Origin: Okamejei kenojei
Taxonomy: Eukaryota
Reading direction: 5' to 3'
Assembly: GCA_035221665.1 (NCBI GenBank)
Contig: CM069143.1
Span: 42,036,001-42,100,000 of the forward strand
DNA length: 64,000 bases
In this document: positions 14,308 to 26,960 of the stretch, in pieces
Position numbering within the stretch: the stretch's first letter is position 1
How the letters are laid out: each line of letters begins with the position of its first letter
Position numbers and translations under genes: made by a program
The notes under the pieces: model-generated
The model's input: the letters and a program-made list of their open reading frames with translations, nothing else
The model's database searches: none
What the model was told of the DNA's origin: nothing

Positions 14308-15231
14308 TTGCAAAGCAATATTTTCGCCGGGCTTGATGAAACTTTGCTGTCCCGAGCCGAAGCCCTGGCAGCCGTGGATATTGTATCGCAGAAAAACCAC
14401 CCCTTCAAGCCAGATGTCACCTACCATACAATGAGCAGCGTGTCCTGCACTCCGACCTCCGCTTCTGTACATCTACCCCACCCGTCGGTCCTGACTACAC
14501 ACCCGCACCACCACCACCATCATCACCACCAGGCGGCCCAGGGCCTGGAAAGTGATCTCCTGGACCACCTGAACTCCGGCCTATCCCTGAGCGGGCTGAC
14601 GGGACCTGAGGTGGGATCCACGCCATCACATCCACACGCACACATGCCTGGCATGAACCACATGTCACATCACCCACATCACCATCATCAGCACATTAAC
14701 ATTTCCCATTCACACGCTCTGTCGGCCCACATCGGCCTGGGAGGTAACGAGGGCGAAGCAGATCCAAGGGAGCTCGAGTCCTTCGCAGAGAGATTCAAGC
14801 AGAGGAGGATCAAACTTGGAGTGACACAAGCCGACGTTGGGTCAGCCTTGGCCAACCTGAAGATCCCAGGTGTGGGTTGTTTAAGTCAAAGCACTATCTG
14901 TAGGTTTGAATCCTTGACTCTGTCGCATAATAACATGATTGCGCTCAAGCCCATTCTGGAGGCCTGGCTAGATGAAGCCGAGAGGGCTCAAAGGGAGAAA
15001 ATGACCAAACCCGAGCTCTTTAACGGAGGGGACAGGAAGCGTAAACGCACTTCTATCGCTGCGCCGGAAAAACGGTCCCTAGAAGCTTATTTCGCCGTTC
15101 AACCTCGTCCTTCGTCCGAGAAGATCGCAGCAATCGCAGAGAAATTGGACCTGAAAAAGAATGTGGTCAGAGTGTGGTTTTGCAATCAGAGACAGAAACA
15201 AAAAAGAATGAAATTTTCCGCCACACATTAA
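14308..15231 (+). CDS. pou4f4: POU class IV homeobox TF, coding exon 2 (POU-specific domain and homeodomain); total protein 347 aa; most like pou4f4/Brn3d
   Basis: LQSNIFAGLDETLLSRAEALAAVDIV; poly-His tracts; POU-specific domain PRELESFAERFKQRRIKLGVTQADVG...SQSTICRFESLTLSHNNM; homeodomain RKRTSIAAPEKRSLEAYF...VVRVWFCNQRQKQKRMKF. Family membership is certain. The paralog call rests on remembered diagnostic residues (RELESF, GVGCLSQ, LEAWL.EAERAQREKM). Confidence 0.9.
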   Translation: MQSNIFAGLDETLLSRAEALAAVDIVSQKNHPFKPDVTYHTMSSVSCTPTSASVHLPHPSVLTTHPHHHHHHHHQAAQGLESDLLDHLNSGLSLSGLTGPEVGSTPSHPHAHMPGMNHMSHHPHHHHQHINISHSHALSAHIGLGGNEGEADPRELESFAERFKQRRIKLGVTQADVGSALANLKIPGVGCLSQSTICRFESLTLSHNNMIALKPILEAWLDEAERAQREKMTKPELFNGGDRKRKRTSIAAPEKRSLEAYFAVQPRPSSEKIAAIAEKLDLKKNVVRVWFCNQRQKQKRMKFSATH

Positions 15232-16660
15232 GACAATCTACACACTGCTCTATCCAACTGAGCCGACATGGACCAGGATTTAATAACATTTGATTCTTTG
15301 GATAAACTTTGCCCAACAAATTGAAGCGATGGCAGGGACATCAAGCCGGAAGTATATCTCCGACGAATGAGTTTGAATTGTGTATATTTTGTACGGGTTT
15401 GAGAGAAGCAAGCTTTATGTCTTGGTTTAGATGAGACTTCGTGGATTTATCTGGCAATCATATTGTAACAAAATAATCTCAACGAGACTTGAATAATGTT
15501 TAATCACATTCTTGTGAAAAATATCCTGTTTGCTTTTCTATTGTAAAAGGCTGTACAAAGTCTGTGAATGAATTGTGCGTTTAACCTTTATTCACGAACT
15601 GGTGTCGTTCATTGATCCGGAGATGTACAACTGCCGCTGAACTGGGCACGGTACTGGGGCTAGGTTATGAAATATACCGCTGTCGATTTCATTCAGTAAC
15701 AAAACAGCAGAAAGAACCAGATCTGTGAGAACAGGTCACATTAATTCTATTGTACCTCCTGTATGGTCCACAAAGTCTGTCTCTGCATGATTTGTACATC
15801 ATTTCAGTTTAGTGAATGTCGCTATCACCATATTAATAACAAAAATAAAAAATAATAATAAATAAGTTTTAAATGTTTTGCAATAACTGTTTACGAATGG
15901 TTTCCTACCTCATCCACCCTGGAGGTTTTCATGGCGTTCTCTCTCTCCTCCCCGAACTCTATTTATCTCAATCATAAGTGTATTTATTTTCAACGTAAAT
16001 GGGAGGGGATCACAATGCATTGACAATCAAAGTTACTTTAAAACTACGTGCAGTGGTCAATAGAATCGCTTGAAACGATTGGGAATTGTTACATGTAGAA
16101 AGTTATAAATGAGAAGCCAGGTGCAGTGAGTACGAGTGCAGTCACTGACTGCCAGAGCTTTTCATTGCCTTTTGCTGCTTATATTTCATTTGATGTGAAA
16201 ATCCAGTCTCTAATCTTAGTTAGTCGCAGGAATGTGCGTGTGAAAGCGAGTGAGGCCAGAGCCTCTCGCTGTCCAGGTCTTTCCCTCGTCGCGTGTGTAG
16301 GCGGCCGAGTGTGCACTTTGTGTGCAAGCTGGTGGACTCGTCTATTTGCACCTACGTCTCACTGTTCACACTTTCCCCAGGTTTGGCCCCGATCTCAAAT
16401 GTTATTTATTTTACTTTATTGATTGTACGTGTGATTTTTAACCAGATGTGACTGCGAAGTTTTCAATAAAACCACGCACGCTGCAAAACGAAAGCATGGC
16501 GTTCTGAATTGTATGTTGTGTAAAGTATATTTGCAGCATGAACTCTTTACAAACATGTTCGTTATTAGAATACAAACTGCAATCAACTTAAACAGCATGT
16601 TGTATTAAACACTGTTATCCTACGTTGCCCCTCATGTTCTCCTTTTACGGAATAAAATAA
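15232..16660 (+). other. Probable 3' UTR with alternative poly(A) signals
   Basis: AATAAA at ~15844, ~16465 and ~16651; TGTA-rich and AU-rich elements. The true end is unknown without transcript data. Confidence 0.45.
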
Positions 16661-17047
16661 TGTAAGGAAGTGAAGTCTATTTAAGGTGGTGTATCCGTTC
16701 AATTTTTTAGCTGTTCTTTTAAAATCATTTGGTGTCATCAGATTTGAGGTCTGGTTATTTGCGAGATGGCGAGCTATGGAATAATCCTCCCCATATAAAT
16801 TGCACCTGATCAGTATATAAGAACATACTTCTGAAACAAATTGTCCCTCGATTCTATCACGACACTGTTAGCTATGGCCGCATACTGGCAGGAAGATTAA
16901 TTTTTCAGGGAGAAATTGTCCCTCTGTCGGTTTTCGGAAATAAACCTGGGAGATTAAATTGCTATTAATTTACATTAAGAGAGGTTATAACCATCATTTG
17001 TCTATCAACGTGCCAGCCTCTACAGAGGTGGGATGACATAGAACTAG

Positions 17048-17130
17048 TGTGAATGGGCGATGATGAACGCGGTGGGCCGAATGGCCCGTTTCCAAGCTGT
17101 ATCTTTCAATCAATTCAATTAATCAATTGG
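17048..17130 (+). mobile_element. 3' tail fragment of an HE1-type SINE
   Basis: ggtgggccgaatggcccgtttccaagctgtatct followed by a (TCAAT)n tail. Confidence 0.6.
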
Positions 17131-20100
17131 AGAGTATTGGAGCTGGTTAGAAGTGGGAGAGGCCGGGTGGCACGTGTGCCTTCTCTGCAGGCGTGGTCCA
17201 AAATCCTCCTTAAACCAACTATACCATTTGGCTAATAAAGACCGATCATTGGGAATCTCTATTACAATTGTCGCGTCTTTACACCCATGGCGCTACGGAA
17301 TTTTGCTTGGGCAATGAGAATATCAATAAGAACAAATCTGTACTAGTTTGGATAAGTTTTGAAATGACATCTGCGAGCTATTGATTACCATTAAGGCACT
17401 GCAGTAAGTGACTGAATAATGACTGTCGTTTCCCTGCCCCTGGATCACCTTTGACTCTTTATGAAACCTGATGAATTAAGGTCAGAATATCATTAAAAAT
17501 CTGCAAAGGAGTTAACGTTTCGTTTTGTTTTGCGTTTTGTTAAAATAAGCATGTTTTGCTTCCTCGTCAAATTTCCAGAATGATACAAATGCTATCTCCT
17601 TTAACAACAGTCCCCAAATTGTAAACTGGTCATTAAACCAATGAGAAACGAACCCGAGGGGTCTAGAGCAGCTGGAGATTTCTAGGTTCTGGAGCGGACG
17701 GACGCTGACCGCAGGTGTCAGGTGCAGCCAACAGACGGGCATAGACCAAAGCTCGTCTAATTGAACTGGAACCCCTTATATCGATACATTTTTCTTTAAA
17801 GTCTATTGATATCCATTAACCGAAAGCCAATACAACGACAGCCAAAGCCTGGGCAAAAATAAATGAAATAAAGAAAAACGAACATCACTACAGTGGTCAG
17901 AAAATGCAAGAAACGTTTTCACTTGGCATCAAGGCGCTGAACTGCGCTTCAAATAACAGGTGTCAACTCTTTCAATATATCAGCACTTTACCTTGATGTG
18001 CGATTACTTAAATGTGATATGTAACCGTTGGAGAGGGAGAAAGACCCAGTTTAAATCTTCTAAGTGAGAATTGGAATGAGAGGGGGTGATGATGGTTGGT
18101 GGGAATCATCTTGTATCATTGTTAGAATGTTTTATATCTTTGGGCCAACGATACTTGTAAGGTTATGGATTTTTTGTTAGCATCTACAGTGTGTCATCTT
18201 TACAGGCTCTATCGAGCTATATTCAATTTATCAACTAACACTTGTTGGCTAGTTGGTTTCATCTTGTAAAACCTATCATAAATGAATAATGAATTCTGGC
18301 TGTTATGATACTATCGATTTTTGGTAAACGGAACGATAATAACCCCTCGTGGATCATCGTATCAAGTAACTGTGGATGAACCCAAAGCTTTAGTTAAAGC
18401 GCCACTTTAAACTTCGCTGTGAATGGTTCAGTCGGTTTTATTTCTGTTTGTTGGGTCTGGGTGAATTTGTTTTGACAGCGAGAGTTGACGCGCCGAACTC
18501 CGACTGCACGTCTGAACCACAACGATGTTCAGTAATAATAATTAGCCTGTCGCGAATCATAGGATCCGATGAGAATCCTTCAGGTTACGTGTTAGTCCCC
18601 AATATTCCTCACTGATAATTATATACCCACATTTGCTGCTTGAAAACGCGATATAACTGTATTGATATATATTATTAATATTCTTGCAATCTTACGCAAA
18701 GCTTCGGACCCCATAAATCACTGGAGGTTTAATTTTGCTATTCCAACTCCCCCTCTTCTCCCGTAACCATTGGAAATGAAATGCGAGGTCAATCATTTTA
18801 AAACACTTTATCTCCATTGATAAACATTTTCATCCTTTCCTAATTTGTTTTCATACACTAGGTTCGCACACGTGTCGGCACAATTTTGGACCATCACCGT
18901 TTAAAGAAAGGATGGCCTCCCTGTAAAACAGTCCAAGAATATATAAAACGATGCCTACCATGTAGCCCTCCCGGGATGTTTTTATATCTGAAATATGGTT
19001 TTAGATCGTTTTAATATTTCATTTGCCAGATTTTCTATTCCGGTTTAAAGTGGCCCAGCTCGAAACACTTGACTTCATCCGACAGAAAAAAAGTGGCAGA
19101 CAGCTGATAATGGCAATGACTACACATCATACGTGGGGGTGCATTTCACTTCATGGGCTTTTCCAAATAAAATCTCTGTTGAGGTAGAACGAAAAGATGC
19201 TTTCACTAGAGGGTCCGTTTCAGCTCACTGCACGTCAGAGCGAGAAACTCAAACATTCTAAAATACTGTTTAGAAGATACAGGGAATAAGGTCATTTAGA
19301 TCACATCGATGCTTGCTCCAAATAGCTACACAATACTATATTTTTATTTTTCCATTACCCTCCTTTTGAACTACTTTATGCAGACTCAGCAATGTGTGAG
19401 GATTTAAACTCTACGAAAGTGTTCACCGTCGAAGTTACTAATCTACCGGACCGCCGGGATTAAGTACGTGGACAGTTCCTATTATCAACTTAATCCTTCT
19501 GTTTACTGCTTCTCCATCTTGAATTACTAACAAGGTACCCAAGGAGCCGTGGCACGGCGCTGATCAGCAGCGTAACAATATTCGGAATTATTTTACCCCT
19601 GCCCACTTTTGTAAATCATTAATGGGGGTAAAATGTCGGAAATTAATAGATTGCGCAGCGGAAAATGACAGGCGGCTAATTAGACTTATATAATTAAGAT
19701 TATTTTTTGCTATTCATGAAGGAGATTGAAACAGGGAATCTCTGAGGGAATACAAATTCACTCCTGTTCAGTTCCCAGTCATTGCCCTCGTCGCTAATGT
19801 CTGTGCAGCTCCCCAGTGCTGCGAGAGCCGCCGCGACCGCCTAGCCAGGGACATGTTTGCAAACATGACGGCAAGAAAGACCCAGCTAATGCTTTTGTCT
19901 GTCTTTAAATTATACATGCGAGCTCAGTTGTATAAAAATCGCATAACATTCCACCTTGTTCACACGCTTTCCGCCTAAACCATCTTTCTGAAGGAACATG
20001 TTTTTTTTATCATTCCCATATATCTAGCAGACTGAGCATCCATTCATGGTTAATCCGCACGGAAATACAAAGTCTAAGAGCCCAATTCGACCCTTACTCA

Positions 20101-23100
20101 TTTAAAATGGCGTACTGCCCGCTGGTGTGCATTTCATGACGAGGGGTGCATTTGGGTAACATTTAACATTTTGTCAATATTTAAAATATTCTAAATCCGG
20201 TTATTATGGTACTATTAATATGAAAACATAGCCTCAAAATAAACTAACTCGGCCAATGTGGCCGCTTTAACTTAACATGTATATATTCCATGGCCACCTG
20301 TATTGACTTGCATAGAAGGCTCTTAAAAACAGATTATTTTCATTTAAAGAAACAAGCTAAAACCTTCCATTGCTCGCTCGTTTCTGCTGACTGTTTTTTT
20401 TCCATGAAGCGGAAAGCACATTTTCATAAATAGACCTTGGTGAAGTGATGACTATAAAAAATTAATGAAGTCTGAGTCCTGAGTGGAGCCTCGGGGCCAT
20501 CTGAGAATAATTTAACCACTACATTATCATCGCTTTTTCCACAACCCCGGACTGGTGCTTTGTGTCTCTGAATTAGGCACAAGAAGCTAAAAAAAAAGTC
20601 GTATGCTATTACCAGAAAATATGTTTTGTTTTAAAAGAATAGGGGAACAAAGACAAACAAAAAACTGAAAAGTTTCTGATTAATAATCAACCATCTCGGC
20701 CGCACATGCACACACAAAACATCTCGCTTCATTACTTTTAAAACTTTTAAATGCACCCAATGCAATATTAATCAACTGCGTTATTATAAGTTTAGGCTGT
20801 ATATGGAGCACAGCCCGCGCAGGCCATCAGAGCGCGCACATGCAGTCTCCGTATCCTCCCCCCCCCCAACAACGCATTTCCAAGCCGATTTTGTGACTGC
20901 ATAACGAGGACTCAATATAGGAAGAGCCAGTGTTTCATTCCAGCTCACAAACGGTCCGATGCTGCCGCGCTTATTCGGTTTTAACACTAAATACTACCCG
21001 GTGCTTCAATCTGAGCATTGATTTTACCCTGTGATAATTAGCAGACGAATAATATAATGATTCTTCCAAATATCTCGTGTGTCTAGATTAGACCATTATT
21101 AAGAGATAATTGTTTAAATGACAACAAAATGAAACAGCGAATTATCTGTGCTCAGGGAGACTATTCAAGGTGGGGAACTTAATCTATCATCTGGAAATCC
21201 GTTGTCTGGCTATGCACTGCCCCTTTATCAAGATAGCAAAGGGTCTGCCTGGAGGACAATAGCTACAATTCCTTGATGTGCAAGTGTTGGGATGCACTGC
21301 AGTTCAAATTGATAGTTAACTTGTTGCGTTCTGGTGGAAAATGAACAGTGACCGGAATCACTCCCATTGTGTTTAAAGCAAGCCATGGTTCCTTTCCGGA
21401 ATTTGTGACGCAAAACTCTCCAGCTAAATGCAATACCGTCACACGAGAAAGAAGAGAAAAGCCTTTCATCTTCTCGAGATCTGAAACCTTTGCAGAAATA
21501 TTGGCAAATTGAAAGTTCACTTTGAGGATTGAAAGCTCAAACTGCGGCGGTTAAAGAGATTACAATTCGTAATATTGAGCCTCTTTCGCAATATGATTGT
21601 GTTCTATTCCATTTTTTTTTGTGGTGGGGGGGGGGGGGGGGGGGATATATCCAGTGCAGATATATTGTATTCGAAGTGTTCCACTTAATATGCAGTGAAT
21701 ATAAACAGCAAAGAGTAAATACAAGACGGGTAACTGTCCAACCAATCTACTATTTTCTCTCGGTAATTCTCCGCTCCCAACTCAAAAACATTCAAATTTC
21801 AATCTAGGGCATTTAAAAGTCTGCGACAAAACTAGTAACTTCAGATTTGATCCGAAGTCAACACTTCACAATTTATCCCAGGCGCGGGAAGTATTCCTCG
21901 TTATATGCAACTTCCCAATGCGGAACATTACAAACATTGTAATGCAATTGAACTCTACTCACACAACGCATCCCCTCCCTTGAACCTAATGTATTATTTA
22001 TGCCTGTATTTATTTTTAATCCGGAAGCCTTCGGCCGATGATTTCAACAAAAATTGTAATTGCCGAAAATCTCTATCATTATAGATGTAACGTGTTTTCA
22101 GTTTTAACGTCTTCGGATTCGATTTTAATCGCGCATTTGTTCCATCATACTCACAGATCTATCAGGACCGCGCATGAAATAATTCACGACAGCCGCACGT
22201 GACTCAACACCTTGCTATCGTGGTTGGCAATTAGGAAGCTCTGACATATTTCACAAAATAAAACTTACAGGTTAATTCTTCTGTCATGAACTAGAATTTC
22301 TGGGGGAAAAACTTATTGAATGTCTGCTTTTCAGAAGCGGGAGTTGTCCAATGACCAGCAATGGTACTTTATGGTGAATGATTACTTACGCCAGAGTATT
22401 GTTAGTCGGAACAGCAAAATGCAAAGTGCTGGCATGTCTATATTCTGGTATCTTGTTCATGTAAAATCAAGGGCAGTCCTGGCTTGCTGTGAAGTTTAGG
22501 GGCAGGAGAAGGTGCCTTTTTAATCTCTGCAATTTAGTGTCAACTTGTGTTAAATGGAATTCAATTGTATAACCTATAATATCCGAATTTAATATTGCAG
22601 CAAGACATTCATCCAGGAGCATGTCATAGCAGTCAGCAAAAAAAAGTAGAGCAACTACCAATTAGCTTTCCTCACCCCAACCTCTCCACTCCAGTTAAAT
22701 ATCCAACTTTTTTTCTCGTCGAGATCAATGTCATTAGCATAGAACGTGACATTATTTCAGTCATTGATAAGGGCAGGTCAGACTCAAGACATCAGGGCAG
22801 TAAAGAGATAATTCGGCTGCCAGCGTACTCACTCTTAAAGAAGGGTCAAGGTGCCTCAATCCAGTGCCTTAAACTGCTGCGAAGGGAAGGTTGTAGTCTG
22901 TTGACAGGTCATTGGGCAGCCTATTGCTGAAAGGAAATGGGGCCCTCCAATCCTGGCCCCATACAGTTCATTCTTCGATCCAGTACGTCGGACAGCTCAT
23001 CTTTCAGAAACGCCCCTCGGCTACTAGTGCTGATTGTAAAAGTACAATTCATAGCAAGACTGGAAAAAAAAAACGTTTTTTTCTTTTCAAAATCTTATGA

Positions 23101-25039
23101 AAGTTTTACACGTGTTTAGTAATGGTACTTATAAATAAAATTACATAGGGCCTTTGGCTTCACTATTATAAATGTACACCAATCTTTTTAAATACAGCAG
23201 CCACAATCATAACATATCAGATCAAACCTTCATTGATATCAAATAACAAAATGCATGCAATCAATTACATTAAATTTTAGCAAAGTGAAGGTATCCTCAG
23301 TTTTATAATAACTGATTTACATTCAATTTGACCTGTTTTTAATACGGTGCATTTTTCCATAGTGCACATCCATTTAATACTGATTTTTAATTTACTTTCG
23401 TCAAATGTTTGATATGAGAAATTTTAACTGAAAAAAAAAACTGTTCTGCTCCAGTGGCGATTGATATGGTGAAGAAATGTCAGACATTAAATGTCATAGC
23501 AGATCCCCAAAATCCAGAATCATTTCAATATCTTATTTACTCATCAATCTCCGGCAGGGGAGCCAAAGTTGTTGACTTTCAGGCGGTCTGAGATTTTGTT
23601 GATTTAGCATAAAAATTTAATGGACGAGTTTCGAGTCCTCTGGCATACTCATTTCTTAAATAAATCCGCCATTTAGAAAGATAAATATTCGGCTGCTTGA
23701 AGATGACCTCCTCCCACCCGCAGACTACGGGACTCCTATCATCGCAGTCCTCAGTAGGCGAGAGTGATGGTACAGTCGCTTCCAGCAGCTGAAGAAACAC
23801 GAATTTAACTACACACTTACATCACCAGTATGGGAATTTGGCGCTACAATTAAATCTCAATAAATCGATGCTCTAACACTGCTCCAGTGTGCGACCGAAT
23901 TATGATGTGATTCTTTTTTTTTACAGAACCACATAAATGTGAGCAGAGTTCAAAAGAACGCCAGGCTGGGATCATTCCACTCCCAAAGACACTAGATTAA
24001 CATAAGATAAAGATTGGACCGTTTCTCGCCACTCCGCAATTAATTTACACGCTTTGGGCAGGAATCTGCAAAGTGGCAATTGTTTAAACTAGTGATTAGT
24101 CTGATTTGAGCAGCGGAGGATCGAACAGTACCTGCTGGTATCTCACAGCTGCCCTGATTTCCATTCTTGTGATAGAAAATAATTAAAAAGCAGCGAAAAT
24201 GTTGATTCCTTTATTAACCTTTTTTTAACCTGCGCTGTTCAGTCAGTGAAGCCGAGTGAGGATTCTCATTTACGATTTCTGCTTTTTTTTTTAATGTATT
24301 AGGTTTAATATTCATTGGAATGGATGATAGCGCCACGAACGGCTACGGTTTATTTCATGGCATCTGATGAAAGTTACACTTTGGCAGCAATATTTGGGCT
24401 ATGTGATTGGGTAGTGAATTTCTAAATTCAACAGAACCCCGGCTGACATGGTGATCGTTCACGTATTTAGTTTCTGTGTCGGCAAGATTTACATCCTCAT
24501 CTACTGGCAGAGTTAACTTGTGGATCAATGTGCATAAGGATTCATTATTATGCCACTACTGCCATATATATTTTGTTTTATTCGAAGTCCACCACCCTGT
24601 AACTCAATTAGCCATTTAATCAGAATATAATGTTGAATTACAAAGTATTATCCTACCTCCCACTTATGACGAGATCGACCATAAAAGTGTGGGAACTCAC
24701 ACGGCTTCTTGTGTCCCTAGATGTTCATTTATTCCTCCTACAATCATCCCCAAACCCCAACCTATCAACCACAACCAACCCTCTTCCACCTCCACCAACT
24801 TTCATCAGAACTACAAAAAGTTAGAAGATGAGTATTTATTTAAATGTTGCTGATGAGAGAAACAAGTTCCCAGTAAAAGACTAAAACAAAACTGAAGGCC
24901 ACAGATAGTGTTGGTGTCAGCTAATTAAAGGGAGAGAGGTAGCAAATCTTCTTGATCAAAGTTAAACGTTCGGGTGGACATGTAGAGGGAAGCTCCCAAC
25001 CACTTCCACTAAAGCACCATTGATGCTGATTTGAAAATA

Positions 25040-25680
25040 CACTGCAATTTGCTTCCTGAAGTTGATAACTAGTTCCTTCATCTTGCTGACATTAAGAGAG
25101 ATTGGGTATTAACCTGACATCATGTTACTAAGTGCCCTAGATCCTTTCTGTACTTTGTTGCATCATTGTTTGTGATCTGGCTGACCACAGTTGTGTCATC
25201 TGCAAACTTGTAGATGGAGTTAGAGTCGAGATTGGCTGTATAGATGTGAGTATATAGGAGTATAGTTGTGGACTGAGAATGGATATTTGCAGGGCACCAA
25301 TGCTGAGAATTATTGTGGAGGAGGTGTTGTCACAAATCGTCACTGACTGTGGTCTGTAAATCAAGAAGTTGAGGATCCAGTGGCAGCAGGGAGTGCGGAT
25401 TCCTAGGTCCAGGAGTTTGGAGATGAGTTTGGATGAGACTATGGTGTTGAAGGCAGAGCTATAGTTAACAAATAGAAGTATAACACCGGAGTCCTTGCTT
25501 TCTAGGTGTTCCAGAGATGACTATAGGACCAGGGAAATGGTGTCTGCTGTGGACCTGTTGTGAGGGGAAGCAATATGCTGTAGATCAAGACCAGAGTCTG
25601 GAGTTAATTTGCTCCATCACCAGTCTTTTGAAGCATTTCATGATGGTGGATGTCAGGTAGTCATTAAGGTATGCTACCAT
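25040..25680 (-). mobile_element. Rex1/Babar-like LINE RT fragment, decayed
   Basis: The minus strand gives RPQSVTICDNTSSTIILSIGALQ..LSPQLYS, and YKFADDT (tgtgtcatctgcaaacttgta) in a shifted frame. Confidence 0.75.
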
Positions 25681-25699
25681 ACTTTTTTATTGGACCCTA

Positions 25700-26960
25700 C
25701 CTTATACAATTATCCAGCTAAATTCATTTCTAACATCCACCTACAAGTTTACAGACAACACCAGTAGTAGGCAGATCTCAAACGATGGTGAGATGGAGAG
25801 CTAGTAACACAGTGTCAAGCCAATAACCTCTCCCTCAACGTCAGCAAGATGAAGGAACTAGTTATTGACTACAGGAAACATGGTAGTATAGATGCCCCAA
25901 TCAGCATCTGTGGTACCAAAGTGAAAATGGTTGAGGGTTTCCAGTTCCGCAGCGTAAATATCACCAACAATGTGTCCTGGACCAATCATAGCTACGGCCA
26001 AAAAAAACACATAAACGGCTCAATTTCCTCAGGAGGCTAAGGAAGTTCAGCATAAGTCATAGTGATTCTATAGATGCACTGTAGAAAACCTACTAATGAG
26101 TTACATCACAGCATGCTTTTGGAACAGCTGTGTCCAAAACAGAAAGAAATTGCAGAGAGTTGGGGATGTAACCCAGTCCTTCACTAAGACCAACCCTTCT
26201 CTCACCATTGGCACAGAGGTGGCACAATGGCGCAGCGGGGCACCAAATACCTCAACACCAGAGGCCCATGACGACATGTGCTCTCTGTGCAGAGTTAGCA
26301 TGTTCCTGCTGTGACTGCGTGAGTATCCTCCGGGTGCTCCGGTTTCCTCCAACATTCCAAAGATGAGCAGCTTTGTAGGTTAACTGGATTTTGGAAATTA
26401 TCCCTAGTTTGTAGGATAGAAAAATGGGCAAACATAAAAGTGGTATACAGGTGATCAAGGTTGGTGTAAACTCGGGCTTGTTTCCACACTGTACAGTATC
26501 TCTAAACTAAGCTAAACATCAACTTCATCTACAGTGCACATTGCTTCTGGAAATCAGCCAAAATAATCAAGGACCATTTTCACTTCAGTCACTCCCTCTT
26601 CTTTTGTCTCCAATGGGCAGCAGATACAAAAGCTGGAAACCATGTACTATCAGACTCAGGGACTGTTTCTTCCTTTCTGCTATCATACTACTGAACAATC
26701 CTCCCATAAGCTACGACGTTGTCCCAATCTAAAACCTACCTCATTGCAGACTTTGCACATTTTCTGTGGCACAGTAATGCTACAATGATGCTATACTACA
26801 TTCTGCACTCTGGTGTTTTTCTCTTTGCTTTAGCTGTTGTACTTGTGTGTGGTTCAACTTTTCTCAGGTATTGTATTATCTGAATTAATTGGATGGCACA
26901 CAAACAAAAGCTTTTCACTGTATCTTGGTACACGTGACAATAAAAAAACAATACTAAAAT
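25700..26960 (+). mobile_element. Rex1/Babar-like LINE 3' part, interrupted by a SINE
   Basis: NNLSLNVSKMKELVIDYRK, RKKLQRV, GSRYKSW..TIRLRDCFF; 3' end cactgtatcttggtacacgtgacaataaa. Confidence 0.8.
26210..26517 (+). mobile_element. HE1/V-SINE-like SINE inserted in the Rex1-like LINE
   Basis: ggcacagaggtggcacaatggcgcagcgg...ctccgggtgctccggtttcctcc...ctctaaactaagctaaac. Confidence 0.8.

Noticed and set aside
14308-14310. TTG start of the 307-aa ORF as a single-exon gene
   Set aside because: It is the first codon (Leu) after a canonical splice acceptor, not a start codon.
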